Positions 26,493 to 37,085 of a stretch of DNA of 64,000 nucleotides are shown here, piece after piece. The DNA is taken from positions 32,001 through 96,000 of the IMG/VR virus record IMGVR_UViG_3300024346_000017. The stretch is one strand, 5' to 3'. The position numbers and the translations under genes were made by a program. Source of the stretch: a virus. The notes under the pieces are model-generated. The model made no database searches. It saw nothing but the letters and a program-made list of their open reading frames with translations, and was not told where the DNA came from. The stretch's first letter is position 1. Each line of letters begins with the position of its first letter.

Positions 26493-27605
26493 ATGAGCAC
26501 AACAGGCAAGGGCTTTAGATACCCAGTATACACAGACACCCCAGACGTACCCAGAGACCTCGGATACCTTGCTGCTGACGTAGATGCCTACCTAGATGCT
26601 CATCCAGGCCCACAAGGGCCTTCAGGAACCCTATCAGTAGGCTCTGTAACTACAGTTAGCGCTTCTACTCCAGCATCTGTTGTTAATGTTGGAACAGCAT
26701 CAGCAGCTATATTAAATCTAACTTTACCAAGAGGTATTGATGGAATTATTGGTGGTCCAGGCCCTTCTAATGTATTAAGCATTGGAACAGTAGAGCAAGG
26801 CGGATCTGCCTCAGCAACAATTACTGGCACATCACCAACACAGACATTAAATTTAGTTTTGCCACAAGGGCCCGCTGGCCCAACTGGACCGCAGGGGCCG
26901 CAGGGCCCAACTACTTTAGCAGTAGGAACTACCACCACTAGTTTGCCTGGAACAAATGCATCAGTAACAAATACTGGAACTTCAACAGCAGCAGTATTTG
27001 CATTTACAATTCCAAGAGGCGCAACTGGAGCAACTGGAGCAACAGGCCCGCAAGGAATTCCTGGATCAAGCGCAACAATAGATCCAGTACCAACTACAAT
27101 ATCTTTAAATATCCCAACTACGGCAGGGTATGGAGTAAATTCAAACTGGTACCCACTTGCAAATAATTTATACTCTATTGGACAACCAATCGATGCTCCA
27201 TCAGGAGTAACTTCAAATAGATTTTGGAAAACAATATATTCTAATACTGGAACAATAAATACATCTGATCAAAGATTAAAAACAGATGTTATTAATTCTG
27301 CTCTAGGACTTGATTTTATAAATAATTTAAATCCAGTAAGCTATAAGTTTATTGAAGGCGGAAAAGAAGTCGTTGATGGAGATTTAGTTTCTATACCTGG
27401 ATCAAGAACGCATTACGGACTTATTGCACAAGAAGTAAAAGAGGTTTTAGATGCATCTGGCGTAGAAGATTTTGCTGGATGGGTTAAGATGGATGTATCA
27501 CAAGAAGATTCTATGCAAGGCCTAAGATACGATCAATTCATTGCACCACTTATTAAAGCAGTACAAGAGCTTACAGCGAGAGTTAAAGCCCTAGAAGAGA
27601 TTTAA
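26493..27605 (+). CDS. collagen-like tail fibre with C-terminal intramolecular chaperone (peptidase S74-like)
   Basis: Short Gly-X-Y runs (GPAGPTGPQGPQGP; GATGATGATGPQGIPG); TSDQRLK...YGLIAQEV...coiled coil. Confidence 0.85.
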   Translation: MSTTGKGFRYPVYTDTPDVPRDLGYLAADVDAYLDAHPGPQGPSGTLSVGSVTTVSASTPASVVNVGTASAAILNLTLPRGIDGIIGGPGPSNVLSIGTVEQGGSASATITGTSPTQTLNLVLPQGPAGPTGPQGPQGPTTLAVGTTTTSLPGTNASVTNTGTSTAAVFAFTIPRGATGATGATGPQGIPGSSATIDPVPTTISLNIPTTAGYGVNSNWYPLANNLYSIGQPIDAPSGVTSNRFWKTIYSNTGTINTSDQRLKTDVINSALGLDFINNLNPVSYKFIEGGKEVVDGDLVSIPGSRTHYGLIAQEVKEVLDASGVEDFAGWVKMDVSQEDSMQGLRYDQFIAPLIKAVQELTARVKALEEI

Positions 27606-27608
27606 GAC

Positions 27609-29411
27609 ATGTCATATAAATATACTGTCTTAAAAGATAACCCAGTTGCATTTTTCTTATTGGATGAAGTTCGTTCTGGCGAAGCTGGTGTATACAGTAA
27701 TTTAACTACATTATATCCAACATATCAAGCTTTAAAAGATAACGGTGTTTCATATGCCGCAGTAAGCGGGCTGCCAATAATTGATTACACTGGAAACTCC
27801 ATGGAGGGGTATGCAATTAATACTTCAGCCATGGAAGTTCTTCCTATTATTGGGGCGGGGGTAAGAGGAACAGAGATAAATGAAGATGCACAGATAAGCC
27901 TAAAAGCCCTAGGACTTGGTATGAATAGAAATCCAGACGGTCCATTCGCATTTGAAATATGGTTTAGTCCAGCTAAAGATGACAACTCAGAATATCTTAT
28001 TATGGGAGATGCAGAAAATTCAATTGGCCTATTCTATAAAAATGAAAACATTATTTTTAAATGTAGTCCAACACAGATGGTTTGGCATAAGATTACAAAA
28101 AATAAAGCCATGCATGTTGTAGGTATGTTTTCTAAAGATACAATTTCACTTTATGTTGATGGCAAAATTGTTTCTGAAAGTCCAGTTGCCGATAGCTTTA
28201 AATTTAATAATACAAGCTTAAACCTATCCTTGGGACCAGCCAACGCAGGCAAAAAATTTATTGTTGATTCAGCAGCAATTTATGCCTATGAGCTAGAAGA
28301 AGCAAAAATATTAAATCATTATCTGTCTGGATACAAAGAGACAAAGTACTCACAAATTGTTTATTCAAATAATGGAATTCTTTTTTCATTAAACTCGGCC
28401 TCAGTAAGACCAGACATTTCATATAGGTATCCTGGAATAAAAGCACTAGAAGAGCTTGCCTCTGGAGATGCCTATTATAATTCAGAGTATAGCAGAATTG
28501 AGTTTGAAGAAACAGATGCCGTGGAAACAAAAACATTTTCTTTTCAAGAAAGATTGTATGTATCAAATCCAGAAGATATTGTTTCTTCTAGAATTTGCTA
28601 TGGGCAGGATGTAGACAATATTGTGGTTGAAATACAAATCCCAAATCAGCCATGGGTAGTTTGCAAAAATAATTCTCCAATGCCATACTACAACAAAAAC
28701 CAGAACTCAGGAAGCCCAATATTAGATATAAGGGTAACAATGACGACACAGGATTCATCCTTCGACCTACCTTACTTTGATAAGCTAGAAATTGATATGT
28801 ATTCAAATAAAGATTTTTATGCAGATAATTCTGGATCAAAAATATACTCAGCATACGACTATGAAGTAGGACAATATAATTACCCAGTAAGAATGCAAAA
28901 TAAATACAACGGACTTTCAATGTATTCTGGCCATGGGTTTTCTGTAGATCTTTCTATTCAGCCAAGAACAATAGAGATGTTTTTTACTCCAAGGGGTGGA
29001 CAAAATGTATTATTTTCTTCAGCATCCTCATCAATTAAATGGGCGGCAAACGGAGTAATAACAAAAGCTGGCATTTCTGCTATATACGTAAATGGTATAA
29101 ATAGGACATCAGAGACTAATGTATCCACATTCTTGCTAAATGATGTTGCCCACCATATTGTAATTGTATTAAGTCAGTCAGCCCTAAATATTAAGTTTAA
29201 TCAAAATCAATTAGATACGGAGTATGGAACTTCAAATCTATACAATAATATAGCTTTTTATGAGAAGGCATTTACCTCCGCAGAAGCAATAAATAACTAC
29301 AGGCTCTACTGCTCAGATAACTCAAAGGTTGTTACTGACCCAGGAGTGACTATATCTGAAAGTGCCCAAGGTCAGGACGGAACCTCATACTTCATAAGGT
29401 TATTTGACTAG
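27609..29411 (+). CDS. structural protein with LamG/ConA-like domain
   Basis: FAFEIW...HVVG...LYVDGK...AIY pattern; VLKDNPVAF N-terminus. Confidence 0.65.
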   Translation: MSYKYTVLKDNPVAFFLLDEVRSGEAGVYSNLTTLYPTYQALKDNGVSYAAVSGLPIIDYTGNSMEGYAINTSAMEVLPIIGAGVRGTEINEDAQISLKALGLGMNRNPDGPFAFEIWFSPAKDDNSEYLIMGDAENSIGLFYKNENIIFKCSPTQMVWHKITKNKAMHVVGMFSKDTISLYVDGKIVSESPVADSFKFNNTSLNLSLGPANAGKKFIVDSAAIYAYELEEAKILNHYLSGYKETKYSQIVYSNNGILFSLNSASVRPDISYRYPGIKALEELASGDAYYNSEYSRIEFEETDAVETKTFSFQERLYVSNPEDIVSSRICYGQDVDNIVVEIQIPNQPWVVCKNNSPMPYYNKNQNSGSPILDIRVTMTTQDSSFDLPYFDKLEIDMYSNKDFYADNSGSKIYSAYDYEVGQYNYPVRMQNKYNGLSMYSGHGFSVDLSIQPRTIEMFFTPRGGQNVLFSSASSSIKWAANGVITKAGISAIYVNGINRTSETNVSTFLLNDVAHHIVIVLSQSALNIKFNQNQLDTEYGTSNLYNNIAFYEKAFTSAEAINNYRLYCSDNSKVVTDPGVTISESAQGQDGTSYFIRLFD

Positions 29412-29496
29412 TAGGTTGCACAATTTTTAAAAAAAGTGCATTGTCGTGGTATCAAGGCTGGACTTTTGCTAAGAATAATGATAAACTGTTTTACAT

Positions 29497-29835
29497 ATGG
29501 AAATATTAAACCAAAAAAGCGAAGTTGTTGAAGAAACACGCCTAGGCATATACGTATGGGAAATGCCAGATGGGCGATGGATCGGAGACGATGATGGCAA
29601 TTTTCTTTCAATAACATCTGTAAAAGGAAATAGATCTAGAATGAACGTTCTAGCTGATGCCGTAAGACACTATGGAATATATGAAGGAAAACCAAAGTTT
29701 CTGTCTGGAAGAAGAAAGATTGATGACGAAGAGTTTGAGTATCAAAACCAAAGACTTAAATGGGGACTTACACCAGACCCTCTTGATATCGGAGAATATA
29801 AAGACCAGGTTTTACGAGGGGGATCAGTAACATGA
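29497..29835 (+). CDS. hypothetical protein upstream of portal
   Basis: ORF track, ATGA overlap with portal. Confidence 0.75.
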   Translation: MEILNQKSEVVEETRLGIYVWEMPDGRWIGDDDGNFLSITSVKGNRSRMNVLADAVRHYGIYEGKPKFLSGRRKIDDEEFEYQNQRLKWGLTPDPLDIGEYKDQVLRGGSVT

Positions 29836-31415
29836 CACAATTTTTAGAAGACGGAACAGAAGATACATACGAGGTATCTGTTAAAAATAGCTCAGATCTA
29901 TTTTCATTTAAAAAAGAAAAAGAGCACACAGACCCATTTGGTATTGGTATAGATGACCTTAAAAAAGTAAGAGGTCTAGGAACAAACTTTAAAAGAAAAG
30001 TAAACAGAGACTTTGCAAAATCATTTACTGGTAAAGATGGTTCTGGAACACAACAGAATCTATTGCAATCTGCGGTTACTGGATATGCAATGTTTGACCT
30101 TGTTCAGCCAGTATATAACCTAGAATACCTATCTCAAATCTATGAGGTTTCAACTTACAACTACGCTGCTATCAATGCAAAAGTTGCAAACATTGTCGGT
30201 CTTGGATATTCCTTTATGGAAACAAGAAAGACAAACGATGCCCTTGATGCAATATCAGATGATAAGCAATTAGACAGAGCACGTAGAAAGCTAAATAAAT
30301 TAAAGCAGGATTTACAAGACTGGCTAGATGCAACGAACGATGAAGATACTTTTACAGAGACTCTTATAAAGGTATATACAGACTTAGAGGCAACAGGCAA
30401 CGGATATATTGAAATTGGAAGAACTACAGGCGGAGACATTGGGTATATAGGACACATCCCAGCTAAGACAATGCGTGTTAGAAGACTAAGAGATGGCTTT
30501 ATGCAATTGCTTTACGGCAAGGCTGTTTTCTTTAGAAACTTTGGAGATTCAGAAACCGTAAACCCAATTGGAGAATCAGAAGATAGACCAAATGAGATTA
30601 TTCATTTGAAGAAGTATACTCCAATGAATAACTATTACGGTATCCCAGATATTGTTGCAGCTCAAATGTCATTGGCTGGAAACGAATTTGCTGGAAGATA
30701 TAACCTAGATTACTTTGAAAACAAGGCGGTCCCAAGATATATTATTACAGTAAAGGGAGCAAAGCTTTCACCAGAGTCAGAAAGAAAATTGCTTGAATTT
30801 TTCCAGGTTGGATTAAAAGGCAAAAACCACAGATCCCTTTATATACCTTTGCCAGCAGACACACAGGATAATAAAGTTGAATTTAAAATGGAGCCAGTCG
30901 AGGCTGGAGCACAAGAGTCATCATTTAATATTTACAGACAGTCAAATAGAGACGAAATATTGCTTGCCCACAGAGTCCCAATTAATAAAATTGGTGTTCC
31001 AGAGGGAGTATCTTTGGCAAATGCCAGAGACGCAGACAAAACATTTAAAGAGCAGGTTTGTCGTCCAGCACAAATGAGATTAGAGAAAAGAATTAATTCA
31101 ATTATTGAAGAAAAGACTGACGCTCTAAAAATTAAATTTGAAGAGCTTACTCTTACAGATGAAGATACTCAATCTCAAATAGATGAAAGATATCTTAGAA
31201 TGCAGGTAATTACCCCTAATGAAGTTAGAATTAGAAAGGGATTAATTCCAGTAGATGGCGGAGACGAAATGGTTGAATTAAAACCTCAGCAAGCCGCTGA
31301 CCAAAAGGCTACAGCTGGAAAAACTAGAGCCAGGGATTCTGAAAGATCTGCTGCGTCATCGGATAAAGTCGGAGAAGGCAGAAATGCTAAAGGCGACGGA
31401 AGCCGAGTCGACTAA
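29832..31415 (+). CDS. portal protein
   Basis: TGNGYIEI, EIIH, YYGIPD, YFENKAVP, HRVP, ITPNEVR. Confidence 0.9.
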   Translation: MTQFLEDGTEDTYEVSVKNSSDLFSFKKEKEHTDPFGIGIDDLKKVRGLGTNFKRKVNRDFAKSFTGKDGSGTQQNLLQSAVTGYAMFDLVQPVYNLEYLSQIYEVSTYNYAAINAKVANIVGLGYSFMETRKTNDALDAISDDKQLDRARRKLNKLKQDLQDWLDATNDEDTFTETLIKVYTDLEATGNGYIEIGRTTGGDIGYIGHIPAKTMRVRRLRDGFMQLLYGKAVFFRNFGDSETVNPIGESEDRPNEIIHLKKYTPMNNYYGIPDIVAAQMSLAGNEFAGRYNLDYFENKAVPRYIITVKGAKLSPESERKLLEFFQVGLKGKNHRSLYIPLPADTQDNKVEFKMEPVEAGAQESSFNIYRQSNRDEILLAHRVPINKIGVPEGVSLANARDADKTFKEQVCRPAQMRLEKRINSIIEEKTDALKIKFEELTLTDEDTQSQIDERYLRMQVITPNEVRIRKGLIPVDGGDEMVELKPQQAADQKATAGKTRARDSERSAASSDKVGEGRNAKGDGSRVD

Positions 31416-31468
31416 ATCTAATCAACTACGATTTGCCTTTTTATATGTATAAGTATAAAATTAAGCAT

Positions 31469-32812
31469 ATGAACATAGAAAAAAGCCAGTGGTCCTCTGA
31501 CGGCCAAAACCTTCATTTATCTGTTCCATTTACAAAAGTAAACAGAGAGAATAGAACCGTGTCTGGATTTGCTACATTAGATAATGTGGATCAAACAGGA
31601 GACGTTGTTACTGCTGAAGCAAGCCTAAAAGCATTCGAAGCTTTTAGAGGAAACTTAAGAGAGATGCATCAGCCAATGGCAGTAGGTAAGGTTGTATCAT
31701 TTAAGCCAGAGACATACTATGATCAGAAGTCAAAAGAATTTTACAATGGAGTTTATGTTACTTCATATATTTCAAAGGGCGCACAAGATACTTGGGAGAA
31801 AGTTCTTGACGGAACACTTTCAGGTTTTTCAATCGGCGGAAAGATTAAAGAGTCAGACAACGAAATGAATAAGTCAACAGGAGAGACTGTAAGATTTATT
31901 AAGGATTATGACCTAGTAGAACTTTCAATTGTAGATTCACCAGCTAACGAAATGTGTAATATAATTTCAATTGAAAAAGCAAATGGTCAGCTTATTTTTA
32001 AAGGAATGGCAACAGAAGTTGTCACAGAAAATATTTTTTATTGTGAAGATAGCGATTCTGTTTTTATCTCAACAGACAAGACATACTCTTCTCCAGTCAC
32101 TGGAAAAGAAGCTACGCTAATTGGTTGGGTTGAAAGCTCAGACCACAACAAATCAAAAGAGATAGATAAAGTTCTTGCTTCATTTAAGAAGTCAAGAGTT
32201 ACGTTGCCTGCAACACAAACAATAGCAAAACAGGCAAACGCACAAGGAGGTAATGAAGTGGAAAAACTAAACGCACAGGCTGCAGAATCAGTTGTAACTG
32301 AAGAAGTAGTTGTAGTTGAAGAGACCATGGCAGAGACTAATGTCGATGCCGTCGAAGAAGCACCAGCTGCTGTTGATACAGTAGAAGATGCAGACTCTGC
32401 TTCTGTAGATGTCTTTAAGTCAGCTGATGCTAACGCACCAGTTGCAGTTGAAGTCGAAGAGCCTGATTTTGCAAAAATGTTAGTAGACCTAAAGGGATTC
32501 TTTGCAGATACTCTTAGCAAGGCTACAGAGGCAAATGCAGTACAGGTTTCAGAAATTAAAGAAACTGTAGAAACTTTTAGCAAGGGCTTAAATGCTCAAA
32601 TCACAGAATTAGCAGAAAAGCACAGCGCACTTAGTGCAGCTGTAACAGAAATAAAGGGCACCATTGATGGTGTTCAAAAGCGTGTAGATGCCGTAGAAGG
32701 CGATACAGCAATTAAGAAGTCCTCAGACCTTGGCGGGTCTGCGGTACAAGCAGTAAACAAATCAAAATGGAACGGTTCTTTCCTCGGTTCCGTAAACGAA
32801 ATATTTAACTAG
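31469..32812 (+). CDS. prohead protease with C-terminal scaffold-like region
   Basis: VSGFAT..VDQTGD, REMH, GFSIGG, ELSIVDSPAN; acidic/coiled-coil C-terminal half. Confidence 0.85.
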   Translation: MNIEKSQWSSDGQNLHLSVPFTKVNRENRTVSGFATLDNVDQTGDVVTAEASLKAFEAFRGNLREMHQPMAVGKVVSFKPETYYDQKSKEFYNGVYVTSYISKGAQDTWEKVLDGTLSGFSIGGKIKESDNEMNKSTGETVRFIKDYDLVELSIVDSPANEMCNIISIEKANGQLIFKGMATEVVTENIFYCEDSDSVFISTDKTYSSPVTGKEATLIGWVESSDHNKSKEIDKVLASFKKSRVTLPATQTIAKQANAQGGNEVEKLNAQAAESVVTEEVVVVEETMAETNVDAVEEAPAAVDTVEDADSASVDVFKSADANAPVAVEVEEPDFAKMLVDLKGFFADTLSKATEANAVQVSEIKETVETFSKGLNAQITELAEKHSALSAAVTEIKGTIDGVQKRVDAVEGDTAIKKSSDLGGSAVQAVNKSKWNGSFLGSVNEIFN

Positions 32813-32826
32813 GGTAGGTGAATTAT

Positions 32827-33873
32827 ATGAGCAATGAATTATTAGAAAAAGCAGCAGCAGCTGGTACAACAGTATCAACTGGCTTCGACTCAAACACTGG
32901 AATGTCAGGAGTACACCGTCAATCAGAAGATGGTAACGGTGGACTTTTAAATCCAGAACAATCAGCTCGCTTCCTAGACTATATGTTCGACGCAACCGTA
33001 ATTGGTAAGGTCGCACGTACTGTCAGAATGAAGTCAGACACAACAGAGATTGATCGTATGTCAGTAGGAGAAAAGCTTGTTAAGCTTGCATCCGAAGGAG
33101 AAAACACAGGAGTTAACTCAGGTGTAACTTTCTCAAAGATCTCTCTCACAACAAAGAAGCTACGCCTTGACTGGGAACTCTCAACAGAGTCACTAGAAGA
33201 CAACATCGAGGGTGCAGATCTAGAAGATCATATTGCACGTTTGATGGCAACACAGGCTGGAAACGACATTGAAGATCTTCTTCTTAACGGTAACGCCGCA
33301 GGAACAGATCCACTATACAAGGCCTTTGATGGTGTTGTAAAGAAGGCTAAGACAAGTGCTCACGTAGTAGATGCTGCAGGTGCAGCAATTTCTCGTGAAG
33401 TATTTAACAAGGCACTTAAGGCACTCCCACGTAAGTACAAGCAACGTCGTACAGACCTACGCTTCCTTGCGGGATCAAACTTGATCCAGGATTACCTATA
33501 CGCAACATCACAAAACATTCAGAACGTTAACCCACAGGATATTGCTTCAGGCATCATCCGCGGTGAGGTTGCACCAGTTTCAGGTCCAGCAGGATATGTA
33601 GCTCCATACGCATTTGGTATTCCAATCGTTGAAGTTCCATTGCTTCCAGAGACACAAGCAGGAGATTATGCATCACCAACAGGTTCACACGGAGATGTCC
33701 ACTTGACATTCCCTAACAACGTTGTTGTTGGCGTAAAGCGTGACGTAACAGTCTACCGCTTCTTCTGGCCACGTAAGGACTCAATCGAGTACACAATGTA
33801 TACTCGTGTTGGTGTTCAAATCGAGCAGGCAGACGCTTGGGTAGTCGTAAAGAACGTTAAGGTTGCTTCCTAA
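32827..33873 (+). CDS. major capsid protein (HK97 fold)
   Basis: GGLLNPEQ, ELSTESLEDNIEG, D...NG, FGIPIVEVP; position after protease. Confidence 0.9.
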   Translation: MSNELLEKAAAAGTTVSTGFDSNTGMSGVHRQSEDGNGGLLNPEQSARFLDYMFDATVIGKVARTVRMKSDTTEIDRMSVGEKLVKLASEGENTGVNSGVTFSKISLTTKKLRLDWELSTESLEDNIEGADLEDHIARLMATQAGNDIEDLLLNGNAAGTDPLYKAFDGVVKKAKTSAHVVDAAGAAISREVFNKALKALPRKYKQRRTDLRFLAGSNLIQDYLYATSQNIQNVNPQDIASGIIRGEVAPVSGPAGYVAPYAFGIPIVEVPLLPETQAGDYASPTGSHGDVHLTFPNNVVVGVKRDVTVYRFFWPRKDSIEYTMYTRVGVQIEQADAWVVVKNVKVAS

Positions 33874-33890
33874 TTAGGAATTAATCTCAA

Positions 33891-33922
33891 GAAAGGCCCC
33901 CAATTAATTTTGGGGGCTTTTC
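33891..33922 (+). terminator. intrinsic terminator
   Basis: GAAAGGCCCCCAA...TTGGGGGCTTTTC then ATTTT. Confidence 0.8.
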
Positions 33923-33973
33923 ATTTTAATTATACAATGCTATAATGGTTTTACCTAGAAAAAGGAGTATTAA

Positions 33974-34369
33974 ATGTCTTTTGACAAATTAAAAGTCGGA
34001 GAGCTAAAAGCAATTGCAGAAGAGTTTGCGGTTGACACAGAAGGACTTAAGAATAAGCAAGATGTAATCGCAGCACTATCAGAAGAGGGAGTGACTTACG
34101 AAGTATACGAAAAGACACTCAAGGATGTAGAAGATGCAAAAGAAGAGATTGAAATCCTTCCAGTATTTGATCCAAAGTCAGAACGCACAGAGGATACAGT
34201 ACTAGTTATGATGACAAGAGCAAATGTTAGATACGATATTTTGGGACACACTTTTACAAGCACCCATCCATTCGTAGCAATGCATAAAGATGCCGCTCAG
34301 CAAATTTTTGATATAGAGGAGGGTTTTCGTTTAGCGACACCAAAAGAAGTACAGGATTATTACAGCTAA
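33974..34369 (+). CDS. head-associated hypothetical protein (Rho-N/HeH-like N-terminus)
   Basis: LKVGELKAIAEEF...KQDVI; strong RBS. Confidence 0.6.
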   Translation: MSFDKLKVGELKAIAEEFAVDTEGLKNKQDVIAALSEEGVTYEVYEKTLKDVEDAKEEIEILPVFDPKSERTEDTVLVMMTRANVRYDILGHTFTSTHPFVAMHKDAAQQIFDIEEGFRLATPKEVQDYYS

Positions 34370-34384
34370 GCTTAAACGTAACAA

Positions 34385-35365
34385 ATGGAAATTATAGTAG
34401 GAACGAACTCACCAGTAAAACAAAGAGTCTTTTGGAAAGGTGGAATTGCCAAAGCAGATGCACTGCCAACGGTTAAATTCTACGACATAACTGAAGACCC
34501 AGCAGTTGCTCCATCTATAAATCCAGTAACTGTTTTACACACTCAGACTGCAGAAGAGATAGACACAGACTATGGCGTATACAGTGTGTATCCGCCTTTG
34601 TCTCTTACAGGCAGACCTAGATCATTAAAGCTGGTCTGGGAATATCGGGTTGAAGGACAGTTAGTAACAAAAGAACACAAGATTTTTGTTGTTACTCCAT
34701 ATGCAGATTTAACACAGGCAGCGGACGCTCTTGGATTTGGGTTTGACCAATCTGATCCAAACTACAGAACATTTTCAGATTTAGTTGCAGCAGAAAGATA
34801 TGCTAGAAAACTAATTGAAAACTACACTGGACAGCAGTTCCATTTGTATGATGACATAAACGTTGTTTATTCAACTGGTGCAGATGTACTTCCTCTGCCA
34901 CAAAAGATTAACCAGCTACACGAGCTTTATTTAAATGACCAGCTTCTAGTTGATACTATTAATAATATAAACAATTTAAGTATGCCAGTATCAATATCTG
35001 AAAGCGGATTTGGATTAAAAGTTGATAGATCTAATGCTCTGGACAATGTAGTATATTACGCAAACGGAATGATACCTCCAAGCATTAATGACAGTGCAAG
35101 AGGAATCTTTATCAATGGCGGAACCTATAGAGTCGCTGGTAGATATGGTTGGCAGAATGTCCCAGACGAAGTAGAGCTTGCATGTATTGAATTAATGAAA
35201 GACTTTTTCTCTAAAGATAAAGAATGGCGCAATAAATACATTAAGAGCATCCAGACATTTGACTGGCAGTTCCAATATGATACATCAGCATTTAGCGGTA
35301 CAGGCAATAACTATGCCGACCAGCTACTATTGCCATACGTCACAAATAAAATGGTAGTTATTTAA
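34385..35365 (+). CDS. head-tail adaptor
   Basis: ARKLIENYTGQ, YGWQNVPDEVELAC, TGN...D.LL.PY. Confidence 0.7.
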   Translation: MEIIVGTNSPVKQRVFWKGGIAKADALPTVKFYDITEDPAVAPSINPVTVLHTQTAEEIDTDYGVYSVYPPLSLTGRPRSLKLVWEYRVEGQLVTKEHKIFVVTPYADLTQAADALGFGFDQSDPNYRTFSDLVAAERYARKLIENYTGQQFHLYDDINVVYSTGADVLPLPQKINQLHELYLNDQLLVDTINNINNLSMPVSISESGFGLKVDRSNALDNVVYYANGMIPPSINDSARGIFINGGTYRVAGRYGWQNVPDEVELACIELMKDFFSKDKEWRNKYIKSIQTFDWQFQYDTSAFSGTGNNYADQLLLPYVTNKMVVI

Positions 35366-35366
35366 T

Positions 35367-35795
35367 ATGAATAACCTAGTCGATTCTATTTTCAACATGA
35401 AAGTAGATGTATATCTGCAAGAAGATTATCAGGACCAGAATACTGGTGCTATTAAAAAGTCTTGGGTATATGCAAAGACTGTTCCGTGTTTTGCAAAAGG
35501 AATGATATCTAATTCATCCACTGCAAGAAGCGGAGATAACAGGGCCATATCAACTAAATATGAGAATACTCAAACTATAGAAATTAGAACTCAAACACCA
35601 ATTACATATAGGCAAAAAATAACTAATATTAGAGATTCATCAAACAACGTTATATGGTTTGAATTAAATTATCCAAACGATACACCAACAGTATTTGAGA
35701 TAGTAAGCTCAACTCCAATCACAGATCCTTTTGGAACACTCATGGCATACAACTCAATTGCCAAGAGGTCGGAGAACCAGATAATTGGAGACTAG
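35367..35795 (+). CDS. head closure / stopper protein
   Basis: Position and size; QNTGAIKKSW. Confidence 0.55.
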   Translation: MNNLVDSIFNMKVDVYLQEDYQDQNTGAIKKSWVYAKTVPCFAKGMISNSSTARSGDNRAISTKYENTQTIEIRTQTPITYRQKITNIRDSSNNVIWFELNYPNDTPTVFEIVSSTPITDPFGTLMAYNSIAKRSENQIIGD

Positions 35796-36579
35796 TGGAG
35801 TAGCTTTATTACATGCATCATCTGGTCTAGAAAGATTAATGGTGGGATCAGCAGCAGCTGGTGTTCTTAAAGACAGCAATGTTGCACAGATATCTGCTTT
35901 CTTATATTACCAAGCAAATGTCGCAGCAAGACTAGAGTCAAATAAAGCATTTCAAAGATTATTTAAGACAACAATATTTAACCAGATAGAAAAAGATTTT
36001 GGTTTATTTATTGATTCACAGGCTAGAACAAAGCCAAAGTCCCTGCACCATGTTTATGAATGGAATAAGACTGGGCAATCAGCAAGTCGTCTTTTTAAGC
36101 TAAATCAGCTAGATGGCATAGGGCTATCATTTAAAATTAACTATGAGTTTAAGCTTTCAAAATCTTCAGTGCCATCAAGGAGCAGAGAGCAAAAAAGCAG
36201 ATATGTATTTGAAAGAAAAGCTGCTGTTATGGAAAAGGGAATGCCGATAGTTATTAGACCAAAGTCAGCAGAAAGATTAGTTTTTGAAATTGATGGAGAA
36301 AAGGTTTTTATGCCCAAAGGGAAGTCAGTTACTGTAAAGAGCCCTGGAGGAAGACTATCCACAAATCAGTTTGACTTAACATATAGCAGATATTTTAGCG
36401 GACCACTAGTAAGCAATTCAATAAAGATGTCTGGATTCCAAAATCTATTTGGAGCCAAGTTCGAAAGAGCCATGAGAGTTCCTTCATCTATTGCCAAGGT
36501 GCGTTATTCATTCAGTCCAGGTACAATTAGATTGCAAGCTGAGGCGGCATTAACAGAAAAATTCGGAGGAGTATTCTAA
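35785..36579 (+). CDS. neck/tail completion protein
   Basis: Position; LHHVYEW, MEKG.P..IRPK...LVF. Confidence 0.5.
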   Translation: METSGVALLHASSGLERLMVGSAAAGVLKDSNVAQISAFLYYQANVAARLESNKAFQRLFKTTIFNQIEKDFGLFIDSQARTKPKSLHHVYEWNKTGQSASRLFKLNQLDGIGLSFKINYEFKLSKSSVPSRSREQKSRYVFERKAAVMEKGMPIVIRPKSAERLVFEIDGEKVFMPKGKSVTVKSPGGRLSTNQFDLTYSRYFSGPLVSNSIKMSGFQNLFGAKFERAMRVPSSIAKVRYSFSPGTIRLQAEAALTEKFGGVF

Positions 36580-37085
36580 TGACAGATTATAGTATAGACG
36601 CAATGTATGAAGTGAGAAAACACCTATGGAGTCAGCTTGTATTAAATAATATAATTGATCCAAATGATTATTACAGCGATAATCTTGGAGAGACTATTAT
36701 TCCAATAATACCAGTTCAACAATCTCCAGAAATGAATCAATTTTTGAGCGGCAAGACCCATATAGTCTATGACAAGATGGGTAGCACCTATGAAGAAAAC
36801 TGGATGATATGCTGCGAGAAGATATCATTTACTATATACTCAGTAGACTTTGCAGAGATCAATATAATCAGAAATATGATGATAGACGTATTTAGAAGAA
36901 TGGATGAATCAGCCAGAGACCTAAATCAGTCTAAGTCAACAAGCAAGATAATATTTCACAATACAATGATCCTAGAGATGTCTCCAACAGAGCCTTCTAC
37001 AGAGCTGGCAGGATTCCTGGCAGCAGATGTCATTCTAGAGGTCAAATATTCTAGGACAGTAGGGGCAAAAGGCCGATTTGATTAG
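36579..37085 (+). CDS. tail terminator-like protein
   Basis: Position just before the major tail protein. Confidence 0.5.
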   Translation: MTDYSIDAMYEVRKHLWSQLVLNNIIDPNDYYSDNLGETIIPIIPVQQSPEMNQFLSGKTHIVYDKMGSTYEENWMICCEKISFTIYSVDFAEINIIRNMMIDVFRRMDESARDLNQSKSTSKIIFHNTMILEMSPTEPSTELAGFLAADVILEVKYSRTVGAKGRFD

